Shown: piece after piece, positions 27,001 through 35,771 of the stretch
Layout of the letters: each line of letters starts with the position of its first letter
Position numbering within the stretch: the stretch's first letter is position 1
Assembly: GCA_039934255.1 (NCBI GenBank)
Contig: JBDTML010000163.1
Coordinates: forward strand, 1-63,376
Direction: 5' to 3'
DNA from: Acidobacteriota bacterium
Lineage (GTDB): Bacteria > Acidobacteriota > Thermoanaerobaculia > UBA5066
DNA length: 63,376 nt
The notes under the pieces: generated by a model
Databases searched by the model: none
The model's input: the letters and a program-made list of their open reading frames with translations, nothing else
What the model was told of the DNA's origin: nothing
Program-made: the position numbers and the translations under genes

Positions 27001-27993
27001 TCAACTCCGTCTGGAGGGCGGATGGTTCCGCGCCTCCGCATACGCGAGGATTCCGTTCGAAAGGGCCTGTGCGATCTGCTGACGATAACCGGGATCCCTG
27101 AGATGCCGCGCCTCTTCGTCGTTCGAGACGGTCGCGACCTCCGCGAGGATGCCCGGCATCTCCGTGGCGATGAGGACGACGAACGGCGCGCTCCTCACGC
27201 CGCGATCCTGGAGCCGGGGAACGACGGGCCGGAGCGAGGTCACGAGGCCGCCCTGCACGGACTCGGCGAACTTCCGGGACTCGCCCTGGCGGGAGTCCGC
27301 GAGGACCCCTTCGAGAAGGCGCCGGAAGTCGGCCATCGTGTACCCCGAGGAGCGGTTCTCGTCCCCGGCCAGCTGCTGGACGTGCGGGTCGGTCGTGGTC
27401 CCGAGAAAGTACGTCTCGACGCCGCGCTTGTCCTTCACCGAGGGAAGAGAGTTCACGTGAATCGAGACGAAAAGATCGGACTTCCTCGCGTTCGCGAAGA
27501 CCACGCGGTCCTTCAGGGACAGGGTCGAGTCCGCCTCGCGTGTGAGGGACACGGTGATCTTCTGGGCGACGAGCAGGTCGCGAAGGCGGCGCGCCACGTC
27601 GAGCGTCACGTCCTTTTCCGCGATACCGGAAGCCGTCGCGCCCGGGTCCGTCCCGCCGTGCCCCGGGTCGATGACGACGGAGCGCACCTCGAGCCGGAAG
27701 AGCGAAGGCTCGAGGCCGTTCGGCGCGTTGACGACCGTCGCGGGCACGGCGGGCACCGCGGGCGGCGCCGAAACGACGAGGAAGTCCGTTCGCTCGCCCT
27801 TCCCCGTCGTCAGCGCGTTGATCGAGAGGAACAGCGCGAGCGGGACGACTACGAACACGGACGCGCGGAAGAGGCGCCGACGCACGCGGTCCGCGCGTCT
27901 GAGCCCGCGGGGCAGACGGCCCTCGATGACGTCCACGTTCTCGCGGATCGCGTCCTTGAGGATTGATTGCCGGAGTCGCTTCACGTCGGCCAT
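27001..27993 (-). CDS. N-acetylmuramoyl-L-alanine amidase (Amidase_3, AmiA/B/C type) with an N-terminal TM anchor
   Basis: The sequence reads VVIDPGHGGTDPGA...EKDVTLDVARRL...SLKDRVVFANARKSDLFVSIHVNS...GVETYF...VLIATEMPGILAEV. Confidence 0.9.
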   Translation of the reverse strand: MADVKRLRQSILKDAIRENVDVIEGRLPRGLRRADRVRRRLFRASVFVVVPLALFLSINALTTGKGERTDFLVVSAPPAVPAVPATVVNAPNGLEPSLFRLEVRSVVIDPGHGGTDPGATASGIAEKDVTLDVARRLRDLLVAQKITVSLTREADSTLSLKDRVVFANARKSDLFVSIHVNSLPSVKDKRGVETYFLGTTTDPHVQQLAGDENRSSGYTMADFRRLLEGVLADSRQGESRKFAESVQGGLVTSLRPVVPRLQDRGVRSAPFVVLIATEMPGILAEVATVSNDEEARHLRDPGYRQQIAQALSNGILAYAEARNHPPSRRS

Positions 27994-27995
27994 CG

Positions 27996-28769
27996 TTAAC
28001 CCAAAAAGGGTAACACCTGCGCGCCTTTCGACTGCAGGAGCCAGCGCGTCGCGGCGTGGCTCGGGTTCCCCAGAACCATCGCCGGCTCGCCCTCCTCGAC
28101 GACGACACCGTCCGCGAGAATCACGACGCGCGTGGCGAAATCGCGCACGAGATCGTCGTCGTGCGTCGCGACGACGAGCGTCCGGCCGTCCTCCTTCACG
28201 AGTCGGGCGAGGGCGCGCCCCAGCTCGTTGCGGCGCGCGGGATCGAGCGAGGCCGTCGGCTCGTCCATCAGGAGGAGCGGGGGCTCCATCGCGAGAGCCC
28301 GCGCAATGGCGACGCGCTGCGCCTCGCCGCCCGACAGCTCGCGGGGCAGCGCTTTCTCGAGGTGCCCGACGCCGAGCGTGCCGAAGAGCGCGCGGGCACG
28401 CGCCTCCGCGGTCTCTCGCCGCACCCTCGCGACGTGGACGGGCGCCAGCGTCACGTTATCGAGGACCGGGAGGTGCTCGAAGAGCCCGTGGTGCTGAAAG
28501 ACCATTCCGACGCGCGCGCGGAGGGCGCGGAGCGTCCCGCCCGCGGGCGGCGGGCCGGGCTCGAGCGCGACTCCGTCCAACGTGATCCTTCCGGCGTCGA
28601 AGCCCTCGAGGCCGGCGACGGCCCGGAGGACCGTCGTCTTCCCTCCTCCCGAGAGCCCCATGAGGGCCACGAACTCGCCGCGCGCGACGGAAAGCGTCAC
28701 GCCGTTCAGGACACCCGTGGATCCGCGCGAAAGCCTCAGGTCGTCGATCGCGAGGAAGGGAGCGCTCAC
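27996..28769 (-). CDS. Polar amino-acid ABC transporter ATP-binding protein
   Basis: Motifs present: Walker A GLSGGGKTT, Q-loop VFQHHGLF, signature LSGGEAQRVAIARAL, and Walker B LLLMDEPTASLD. GTG at 28769 overlaps the upstream stop as GTGA. Confidence 0.9.
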   Translation of the reverse strand: MSAPFLAIDDLRLSRGSTGVLNGVTLSVARGEFVALMGLSGGGKTTVLRAVAGLEGFDAGRITLDGVALEPGPPPAGGTLRALRARVGMVFQHHGLFEHLPVLDNVTLAPVHVARVRRETAEARARALFGTLGVGHLEKALPRELSGGEAQRVAIARALAMEPPLLLMDEPTASLDPARRNELGRALARLVKEDGRTLVVATHDDDLVRDFATRVVILADGVVVEEGEPAMVLGNPSHAATRWLLQSKGAQVLPFLG

Positions 28770-30367
28770 GCGGAGGCCGCCTTCCAGCGCCCCTCGAGCC
28801 GCCGCGCGAGACGCGAAAGCGGCAGGGACATGGCGAGGTAGAGCGCCGCGCAAAGAGCGCCCGGAATCGCCCAGCTCGCGATGTTCGTCGCGAAAATGGC
28901 CGTCTGCTTCGTGAGCTCGACGACCGTCACGACGGATACGAGCGAAGAATCCTTGAGGAGGGCGACGAAGTCGTTCGTCATCGGCGCGAGCGCGAGCCGG
29001 AAGGCCTGGGGGCCGCGTACGAGGCGGAGGACCTGCCCCTCGGTGAGCCCGAGCGTGCGCGCGGCCTCGAGCTGTCCCTTCGGCACTGCCTCGAGCGCGC
29101 CCCGGTAGATCTCGCTTTCGTACGCGGCGTAGTTGAGGCCGAGCCCGAGGAGCGCCGCGACGAATGCGGGCAGGCGCACGACGGACGAGAGCCCGTAGTA
29201 GAGGACGAAGAGCTGGAGGAGTACCGGCGTCCCGCGCGTGATCTCGACGTACGCCGTCAGCAAGAAGCGCACGGGCGTGTTCCCGTACACCCGGCCGCTC
29301 GCGATGGCCACGCCGAGCACGACGGCGAGCGCCATCGAAAGGCACGAAAGCACGATGGTGACAAGGGATGCTCTCAGGAGAGAGGGGAGATAAGAGATCA
29401 CGAGAGAAAGAGAGGAGGAAGAGAAGATTTTCTTAGAAGGTGAAGAGGAAGAGGGAGAAGAGGCGGGCTGCGCCAGGGCGCCCGCTCGCAGCGCTTCGGC
29501 GCCGCCCGGCGCCTCTTTGCCATTCGAGGAAATCCTCGTCCCCGTCCCCTCCGAAATCCGAAGCAAAGAATTTTCTATTTCCTTCTCCTGGAATTTCTCC
29601 TGTTCTCCATCCCACACGTTCCACTTCTCGAAGATCTTTCGCAGCGTCCCGTCCCGCATCTTTTCCCTCAGGATCGAGTCGATCCGGTCCCTGAGCCCCG
29701 CGTTCTCCTTCGCGAGAACGCCGACGTAGCGCCCCGTCGCGATCGTCGCGGGCTGGATGGCGAGGCCCGCGACGCGCCGCACCGAGCGCGCCGCCAGGAC
29801 GTGATCGAGGAGCACCGCGTCCAGCCTGCCCTTCGCGAGGTCCTCGTAGGGATGCACGTCGTCGTCGTAGGAGACGGGGACGATGCCGTCCGTCTTCTCC
29901 GAGGCGGCGAGAAGGTCCCACGCGATCGTGCCCGCGAGCGTCCCGACCCTTCGGCCGCGGAGGTCGGCAACCGAGCGGAAGCGGCCGGTGTCGGCGGCCC
30001 GGACCGCGAGCACTTCCCGGAACTCGAAGTACGGGATCGTCAAAGCGAGCGCCTCCCGGCGCTGGGGCGTGTCTTCGACGCCCGACATGCCGATCTCGAA
30101 ATCGCCCCGCGCGACGGACTGGTCGATCGTCTGGTACGCCACCTGCACGAACTGCGATCTCCGGCCGAGGCCTTCCGCGAGCGAGGACGCGATCTCGACG
30201 TCGAATCCGCGCAACTTCCCCGGATCCGCCGGGTCGGCCTCGACGAACGGCGCGCCCCCCTCCGCGTCGCCGCCCCACCGCAGGACGAGCGAATCGGGCC
30301 CCGCCGCGCGCGCCGCGCCCGCGGCGCCCGCGGACAGCAGGGCCGCGACGAGGACGGCCCGGATCAC
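28766..30367 (-). CDS. Fused periplasmic substrate-binding domain and permease of a polar amino-acid ABC transporter
   Basis: The signal peptide is VIRAVLVAALLSAGAAGAARA. The SBP_bac_3-like part reads GFDVEIASSLAEGLGR...VAYQTIDQSVARGDFEIGMSGV...YF. A low-GC Ser-rich linker follows. The permease carries the EAA-type loop (..YESEIYRGALEAVPKGQLEAARTLGL..). GTG at 30367 overlaps the psd stop as GTGA. Confidence 0.82.
   Translation of the reverse strand: MIRAVLVAALLSAGAAGAARAAGPDSLVLRWGGDAEGGAPFVEADPADPGKLRGFDVEIASSLAEGLGRRSQFVQVAYQTIDQSVARGDFEIGMSGVEDTPQRREALALTIPYFEFREVLAVRAADTGRFRSVADLRGRRVGTLAGTIAWDLLAASEKTDGIVPVSYDDDVHPYEDLAKGRLDAVLLDHVLAARSVRRVAGLAIQPATIATGRYVGVLAKENAGLRDRIDSILREKMRDGTLRKIFEKWNVWDGEQEKFQEKEIENSLLRISEGTGTRISSNGKEAPGGAEALRAGALAQPASSPSSSSPSKKIFSSSSLSLVISYLPSLLRASLVTIVLSCLSMALAVVLGVAIASGRVYGNTPVRFLLTAYVEITRGTPVLLQLFVLYYGLSSVVRLPAFVAALLGLGLNYAAYESEIYRGALEAVPKGQLEAARTLGLTEGQVLRLVRGPQAFRLALAPMTNDFVALLKDSSLVSVVTVVELTKQTAIFATNIASWAIPGALCAALYLAMSLPLSRLARRLEGRWKAASA
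29411..29610. repeat. AT-rich repeat pair (arms A1 29411-29463 and A2 29556-29610) inside the SBP-permease linker
   Basis: A1 contains gattttcttagaaggtgaagagg (29426-29448), which is 21/23 identical to 56982-57004. A2 (aagaattttctatttccttctcctggaatttctcctgttctcc) carries the same motif family in the opposite orientation. GC content here is far below the surrounding sequence, and rare codons (TCT, AAA, ATT, AGA) are used. Confidence 0.6.
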
Positions 30368-31206
30368 GTCTCGAAGCTCCCGAGCCGCTCTCCCACTTTC
30401 ACGGGCCCGAGTCCGCGGGCGGGAAGCCACTCCGCGGCCCTCGGCCCGCCGACGAGGAGGACGACCGTCGAGCCGAGCTCGAAGGCCCCGAGATCGTCGC
30501 CGGAGGAGCACGGAAGATTCGACACCTCGAGACGGCCGCGGCGCGGCAGGAATCGCCCCGCGAGCCAGCGCGGGTCCACCACGACCCCCCCCACGTGCGT
30601 CGCCGCGACCATGACAGCGGCGACGACGAGTCCCTCGTCCTCCCGCGCGCCCCGTGCGATCCAGTAGGCGCGCCGGTTTCTCACGTAGAGCCGCGGCGTC
30701 GCGGCCGTGGAGGCGGCGTTGACGGGCCAGAGCTCCCCTTCCACGCGCCCGACCGCGACGCACGCTCCCGAGAGCGGGACGTGAATGCGGTGATAGTCCT
30801 TCGGCGCGAGGTAAAGCGTGACGTAGTGCGCGCCCGACAACTCGGAGGCGACGGCGTCCCCGTCGAGAAGCTCGTCGAGGCGGTACGGCAGACCCTTGGC
30901 CTGGATGAGCGTGCCCTCCTCCACCCGCCCCGCGGCGATCACGACCCCGTCGACCGGCGAATTGACTCCGCCCGCCACCGCCGGCGCCTGCGGCCTCGAA
31001 CCAGGCTTCAGCCTTCGTGTGAAGAAGTCGAGAAATGACACATACGCGCCGATCTCCTTCTCCGCTTCGTCGAGATTCGCCCCGAATGCCGATGCGAAGC
31101 GCAAGAGAAGCGGGCGGCGCAGGCCTTCGAGGAGACGCAGCCGGGCGAGCGCTCCGACCGCGAGAGAGCCCGCCTTCTTGGGATAGAAACGCAGAAGGCG
31201 ATGCAT
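30364..31206 (-). CDS. psd: Phosphatidylserine decarboxylase proenzyme
   Basis: The sequence reads ..FFTRRLKPGSRP...SPVDGVV...YVTLYLAPKDYHRIHVPLSG...FELGSTVVLL (LGST self-cleavage motif). Confidence 0.9.
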   Translation of the reverse strand: MHRLLRFYPKKAGSLAVGALARLRLLEGLRRPLLLRFASAFGANLDEAEKEIGAYVSFLDFFTRRLKPGSRPQAPAVAGGVNSPVDGVVIAAGRVEEGTLIQAKGLPYRLDELLDGDAVASELSGAHYVTLYLAPKDYHRIHVPLSGACVAVGRVEGELWPVNAASTAATPRLYVRNRRAYWIARGAREDEGLVVAAVMVAATHVGGVVVDPRWLAGRFLPRRGRLEVSNLPCSSGDDLGAFELGSTVVLLVGGPRAAEWLPARGLGPVKVGERLGSFET

Positions 31207-31217
31207 GGCCCGCGCTC

Positions 31218-31595
31218 TTACCGTACCGCCGCGATCGCCTGGATCTCGACCTGCCAGCCGCCGCGGAATTCGTTGACGGGCACGATGGCGCGCGCGGGGC
31301 GATGCGCGCCCATGACGCGCGCGTAAACCTCGTTGACGCGGCTCCAGAACGCGGCGTCCGAGACGTAGACCGTCATCTGCAGGACGTGGCTGAGGTCGCT
31401 GCCCGCCGCCTCGACGACGGCCTTCACGTTCAGGAGCGCGCGCTCGGTCTGCTCTTCCAGGGTTCCAGGAGGCGCGTCCGGCCGGGCGGCGTCCTTGCCG
31501 AGCTGGCCCGCGACGTACACGAGGCCCCCGTAGATGATTCCTTGTGAATAATGCCCTGCGGGCGGGGGCGCATCCTTCGTGAAGACGGCCTCCAC
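31218..31595 (-). CDS. ridA: RidA/YjgF family reactive-intermediate deaminase
   Basis: The sequence reads APPPAGHYSQGIIYGGLVYVAGQLG...ALLNVKAVVEAAGSDLSHVLQMTVYV...PARAIVPV..LRGGWQVEIQAIA. GTG start 1 nt after the pip stop. Confidence 0.9.
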   Translation of the reverse strand: MEAVFTKDAPPPAGHYSQGIIYGGLVYVAGQLGKDAARPDAPPGTLEEQTERALLNVKAVVEAAGSDLSHVLQMTVYVSDAAFWSRVNEVYARVMGAHRPARAIVPVNEFRGGWQVEIQAIAAVR

Positions 31596-31596
31596 G

Positions 31597-32544
31597 TCAG
31601 ACCTTCTTCTTGAACTCTTCCGTCGCCTCGACGAGCGCGCTCGAGATCCCCGGCTCGTCCGCCGCGTGGCCGGCCGCGGGCACGACGACGAGCCGCGCCT
31701 CGGGCCAGGCCGCCGAGAGGTCCCAGGCCGACTGCATGGGGCAGACGAGGTCGTAACGGCCCTGCACGATGGTGCCCGGCAGCGTGCGGAGACGCCATGC
31801 GTCGCTCAGGAGCTGGCTGTCGCTTTCGAGGAACGTGCCGTTGATGAAATAGTGCGCTTCGATTCGCGCGAGCGCGATCTCGCGCTCGAGGTCCTCCGGA
31901 TCGGGAGATTTCGTGTCGGGTACGAGATGGCTGGCGGCCCCTTCGAACGCGTTCCACGCAAGAGCGGCCTCGCGGCGGAGCACGGCATCCTCGGACGTGA
32001 GCCGCCGGTGGTACGCGCGCACGATCGACCCGCGCTCGCGCGTCGACAGGGGCGCCAGGAATTCCTCCCAGGCGTCGGGCACGATGCGGCGCATGCCGTC
32101 CGTGAAGCTCCACTCGATCTCCCACTTCCGCGCGAGGAAGATTCCGCGGAGGATGAGACCGGTGACACGCTCCGGGTGCTTCTCGGCATAGGCGAGGCCC
32201 AGCGTCGACCCCCACGAACCTCCGAAGACGAGCCACTTCTCGATCCCGAGATGCTCACGGATCTTCTCGGTGTCCGCCACCAGATCCCACGTCGTGTTCT
32301 CGCGCAGCTCGCCGAGCGGCGTCGACTTCCCCGCGCCGCGCTGGTCGAAGAGGATGATCCGCCAGAACGTGGGGTCGAAGAACCGGCGGTGGATCGGGGA
32401 CAAGCCGGCGCCCGGGCCGCCGTGAAAGAAGACGACCGGACGGCCGGACGGATTGCCCGCTTCCTCGACGTGCAGCTCGTGAATGTCCGAAACACGCAGC
32501 CGGAGCGTGCGGGTCGGCTCGAGATCGGGAAAAAGGGACGGCAT
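31597..32544 (-). CDS. pip: Prolyl aminopeptidase (proline iminopeptidase, S33)
   Basis: The last 315 aa of ORF 31597..35205 read VVFFHGGPGAG..FDQRGAGKSTP...NTTWDLVADTEKIREHLGIEKWLVFGGSWGSTLGLAYA (GGSWG nucleophile elbow). The ATG is at 32544. Confidence 0.92.
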   Translation of the reverse strand: MPSLFPDLEPTRTLRLRVSDIHELHVEEAGNPSGRPVVFFHGGPGAGLSPIHRRFFDPTFWRIILFDQRGAGKSTPLGELRENTTWDLVADTEKIREHLGIEKWLVFGGSWGSTLGLAYAEKHPERVTGLILRGIFLARKWEIEWSFTDGMRRIVPDAWEEFLAPLSTRERGSIVRAYHRRLTSEDAVLRREAALAWNAFEGAASHLVPDTKSPDPEDLEREIALARIEAHYFINGTFLESDSQLLSDAWRLRTLPGTIVQGRYDLVCPMQSAWDLSAAWPEARLVVVPAAGHAADEPGISSALVEATEEFKKKV

Positions 32545-32585
32545 GAACGGATTATGAGCGAGGCGCGCCTCCGGGACGCCCCTCT

Positions 32586-35500
32586 TCAGAAGGCTCCGGC
32601 GATCGCGTCCCAGAAGTCGCAACGGGACGTTCGCACCCCGGCCCCCGGCGCAATCACGTTGTCGAACCCGAGAAATGTGTCGAGAGCCGCGTCGTAGCGG
32701 GGCCAGGGCGATGCGCCGGGAGCGTTCGGGTCTCCCTTCGCGGCGAACCGGGACCAGTACCCGTTCATCGCGTCCGAAAGCGCCCGCTCTCGCTCGGAGG
32801 GCGTGAAGCCCGGGAACTTGTCGAGGGTCCCGAAGACGAACGGGAGCTCCAGCGAGTGGTACGCGCCGTACGAAGCGGCAGACAACGAATCCAGAGCCTT
32901 GGTGAAGAAGTAACGAAACACGGGCTCGGTCTGGCTGGGCGCCGCCGCGCGCGCGATTCGCCGCGCCGGACACACGTAGATCTCGTCGGTCGTCGCCGCG
33001 ATCCAGGCCTTCTGCGGCGTCGCGAAGGCGCTCGAGGGGTACTCCGCGAGAACGCGCGAGCCGAGGAGGCCTCCGTAGAAAGAAAAGATCGCCGACCGAA
33101 AGGCCGCGTCCGTGGGGAGAGAAGGGGCGTCGAGAGAGGTCTCGTCGGCATTCGCGCCGACGAGAAGCGGGACATGGTGATGTCTGCCGGCCGAGAGCGC
33201 GTCCAGCGGCGACTCGGGGAGAACGAAGCCATCCACGTTGGGGCCGTACGCGACGGCATCGGGGCGTCCCGCCGACACGAGCGTCTCCGCGCTCACGGTT
33301 CTGAGACACGCGGCCACGTCGGACGCTCCGCGGCAACCCGCCGCCTCGACGATCGTCTCGCCGGCCGCCTCCGCCTCGCGGAGCGTCGGCTGGCTGCAAT
33401 GTCCGCTTTCGATGAGCGCGCGCGCGAAGAGCCCCTTCGCGAGCGGAGAGGCGAGAAGGGAGCAGACGTCCGCCCCTCCCGCCGACTCGCCGCCGACGAG
33501 CACCCCGTCCGGGTCGCCGCCGAATGCCGCGATGTTGCGCCGCACCCACTGTAGAGCGGCGATCTGGTCGAGAAGACCGCCGTTCCCCGAAACGCCCTCC
33601 GCGCTCTCGGAGTCGAGCGCGGGGTGTGCGAGAAAGCCAAGAGTGGAGAGCCGGTAGTTGATCGTCACGACGACGACTCCGCCCTTTTCCACGAAGGCCT
33701 CGCCGTCGTAAACCGGAAAACTCCCCGCGCCCTGCACGTTCCCGCCGCCGTGAATCCAGAACACGACCGGCGCGCGCAGGAGAGAAGGCGTGGCCGGCGC
33801 CCACACGTTGAGCACGAGGCAGTCCTCCGACCCGACGACCTGGCCCGAGCCCGTCGCCTGCGCGCAGATACTTCCGAACCCGGACGTATCGCGGACGGTC
33901 GTCCATGGGTCGGGAGGCACCGGAGGACGAAATCGGAGCGCCCCGAGCGGAGGCGCCGCGTAGGGAATTCCGCGGTAGACCAGCGCCTGGCCCATCCGAA
34001 AGCCCCGCACCGTTCCGCCGGACGTCGGCACGACGGCGGGAACGGAAGCGACGTCGAGGGTCAGCGCGGCGGTTCCCGTGCCGCAGGAGTTCGTCGAAGA
34101 CAGCCGATAGGTCGTCAGGGCCGCGGGAGTCAGCGTCAGCGTGTTGCCGGGCGTCGACGTGATCCCGCCCGGGTCGGTGCGCACGGCTGGCCCCCCCGCG
34201 AAAACGGAGACCGTCACCGGAGTTCCAGGCGCCGCCCGAAGGGGCACGACCGAGAGAATGTCGATCGAGGGCACCGCGCACGCGGAAGGCTTCGGCATCG
34301 CAGGCGCCACCACGGCGTCCCCCGTGACGTTGTCGACGACGCTCGCGTACGCATCGGCGGATCCCGTCGTCAACGTGACGTCGACGCGAGCTCCGAACGG
34401 CGCGCCTGCTGCCGCCCCGAACCATCCCTCGAGCCCCTGCTGCCGCCATTCGGTCGGCCCGAGGAGGAATGCCTTTCTCGCGGTCTCGGCGCCGGCGAGG
34501 TCCCGAAGCGTGAGAAAGCCGCTCGCACCCCCGGGTCCGCCCAGAACGGCGATGTTCGTGCGGAAGCCAGGCGATGCGCCGGAGTTGACGAGCCCGGGCA
34601 GTGTGGCCTCGCGCCCGGCGGCGGTCAGGCCAGCCGTCCAGGTAATGGCGCGAAGGCCCGCGCTGAACCCCCCGGGACGCGCACCGGCTGGATCCGCGTT
34701 GCGTGTGCGCCCAGCCGCGAGAAACGGACCCGACGCCCGGAGGAGGATCGCGCCGGCCACGCCCTCGCCCAGACCGAAGCCGCCCGGCCCGAGGACGTCG
34801 GCGATCTCGACGAGCGCGCGCGGCGCGAGCGTGCGTGTGAAGGACGCCGCGGAGGGGAAGCCAACCGGCGCCCCCGTCACGACGAGCGGGGCCAGGCCGG
34901 GATTGAAGATCCGAAGATCGGTCGTCCAGTGGGTTCCGTTCAGACCCCCGGCACGTGCCGCGCCGTCCAGGAGAACATCGCCATTCTCGAAAGGCACGCG
35001 CTCGGCGACGACCGCGATGCCGTCCCCCGTGACATTGTCGACGACGGCCGTGAATCCGATCGCCCGCCCGCGCGTGACCTCTATCGTGACCCGGCCCGTC
35101 ACCAGGCTCGGGAGGGCCGCGAGATCGCCGGTTGACGCCTGCCACGTGACCGGCGCCGCCGACGCGACCCGCGCCGAGCCGCGTGCGAAGCCCGATTCGT
35201 CCCACACCGTCACGATCGCCTCGCTATCGGGATCGAGGAGCGCGAGATTCACGTTCGTGCGGTAACCGCGGACGTAATCGGCGGAGCTCGAGAGCCAGAT
35301 CGCGTGGCCCGTCTCTCCCGGCAAGAGCGTTCCCTCGTCGCCCACTGCCGTGAGAGAGACGCCGTACGTAGCCGCGGGATCGGCCACGTTCACCGTCGAG
35401 CCGCGCACGATGAGGGGAACGTCACTCGAAATCGTGAGCGTGCCGAACGTGCCTTCGAGGCCGAAGAGATCCGAAAGAGCATTCGAGAAGGCCAGGGACG

Positions 35501-35762
35501 CGCCCGCCGGCAGGACCTTCGTGACAGCAGCCGGAGCGGAAAAACCTCCCGCAGGGACGAGCCCGATCGCCACCGTCGCCTCGAGCGGCCCCGGATTCAC
35601 GACGAACACGTTCGAATGGAAGACCGTCCCGTTCAGCCCGCGTGTATTCGCGACGCCCGGGAGAAAGAGCGTGGCGGCCGGCGCCTGGGAAGCGAGACCG
35701 AGGAGGCATGCCGCGCTCACGAGGCGGCTGACGATGGTGGGGGTGTCTCCCGGACGGATCAA
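32586..35762 (-). CDS. Secreted multidomain protein: two tandem unknown modules of about 230 aa, an Ig-like spacer, and a C-terminal type-B carboxylesterase
   Basis: The C-terminal part reads YRGIPYAAPPLGALRF...LVLNVWAP...VFWIHGGGN...GNGGLLDQIAALQWV..NIAAFGGDPDGVLVGGESAGG (GESAG). In the N-terminal part, both modules start ..GLNGT(V/H).. ..NPG.. and end ..VVDNVTGD... The TTG start at 35762 is uncertain. Confidence 0.8.
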   Translation of the reverse strand: MIRPGDTPTIVSRLVSAACLLGLASQAPAATLFLPGVANTRGLNGTVFHSNVFVVNPGPLEATVAIGLVPAGGFSAPAAVTKVLPAGASLAFSNALSDLFGLEGTFGTLTISSDVPLIVRGSTVNVADPAATYGVSLTAVGDEGTLLPGETGHAIWLSSSADYVRGYRTNVNLALLDPDSEAIVTVWDESGFARGSARVASAAPVTWQASTGDLAALPSLVTGRVTIEVTRGRAIGFTAVVDNVTGDGIAVVAERVPFENGDVLLDGAARAGGLNGTHWTTDLRIFNPGLAPLVVTGAPVGFPSAASFTRTLAPRALVEIADVLGPGGFGLGEGVAGAILLRASGPFLAAGRTRNADPAGARPGGFSAGLRAITWTAGLTAAGREATLPGLVNSGASPGFRTNIAVLGGPGGASGFLTLRDLAGAETARKAFLLGPTEWRQQGLEGWFGAAAGAPFGARVDVTLTTGSADAYASVVDNVTGDAVVAPAMPKPSACAVPSIDILSVVPLRAAPGTPVTVSVFAGGPAVRTDPGGITSTPGNTLTLTPAALTTYRLSSTNSCGTGTAALTLDVASVPAVVPTSGGTVRGFRMGQALVYRGIPYAAPPLGALRFRPPVPPDPWTTVRDTSGFGSICAQATGSGQVVGSEDCLVLNVWAPATPSLLRAPVVFWIHGGGNVQGAGSFPVYDGEAFVEKGGVVVVTINYRLSTLGFLAHPALDSESAEGVSGNGGLLDQIAALQWVRRNIAAFGGDPDGVLVGGESAGGADVCSLLASPLAKGLFARALIESGHCSQPTLREAEAAGETIVEAAGCRGASDVAACLRTVSAETLVSAGRPDAVAYGPNVDGFVLPESPLDALSAGRHHHVPLLVGANADETSLDAPSLPTDAAFRSAIFSFYGGLLGSRVLAEYPSSAFATPQKAWIAATTDEIYVCPARRIARAAAPSQTEPVFRYFFTKALDSLSAASYGAYHSLELPFVFGTLDKFPGFTPSERERALSDAMNGYWSRFAAKGDPNAPGASPWPRYDAALDTFLGFDNVIAPGAGVRTSRCDFWDAIAGAF

Positions 35763-35771
35763 GGGGAGAGC

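Noticed and set aside
27995-28014. AT-rich hairpin GTTAACCC-AAAAA-GGGTAAC covering the ABC ATPase stop, 2 nt from the amidase start
   Set aside because: It has only 7 bp with a bulge and no U-tract. It could modulate coupling, but the evidence is too thin to call a feature.
32545-35205. N-terminal roughly 885 aa of ORF 31597..35205
   Set aside because: Only the last 315 aa (pip) show real motifs. The upstream part is Arg-rich and overlaps the esterase gene in another frame.
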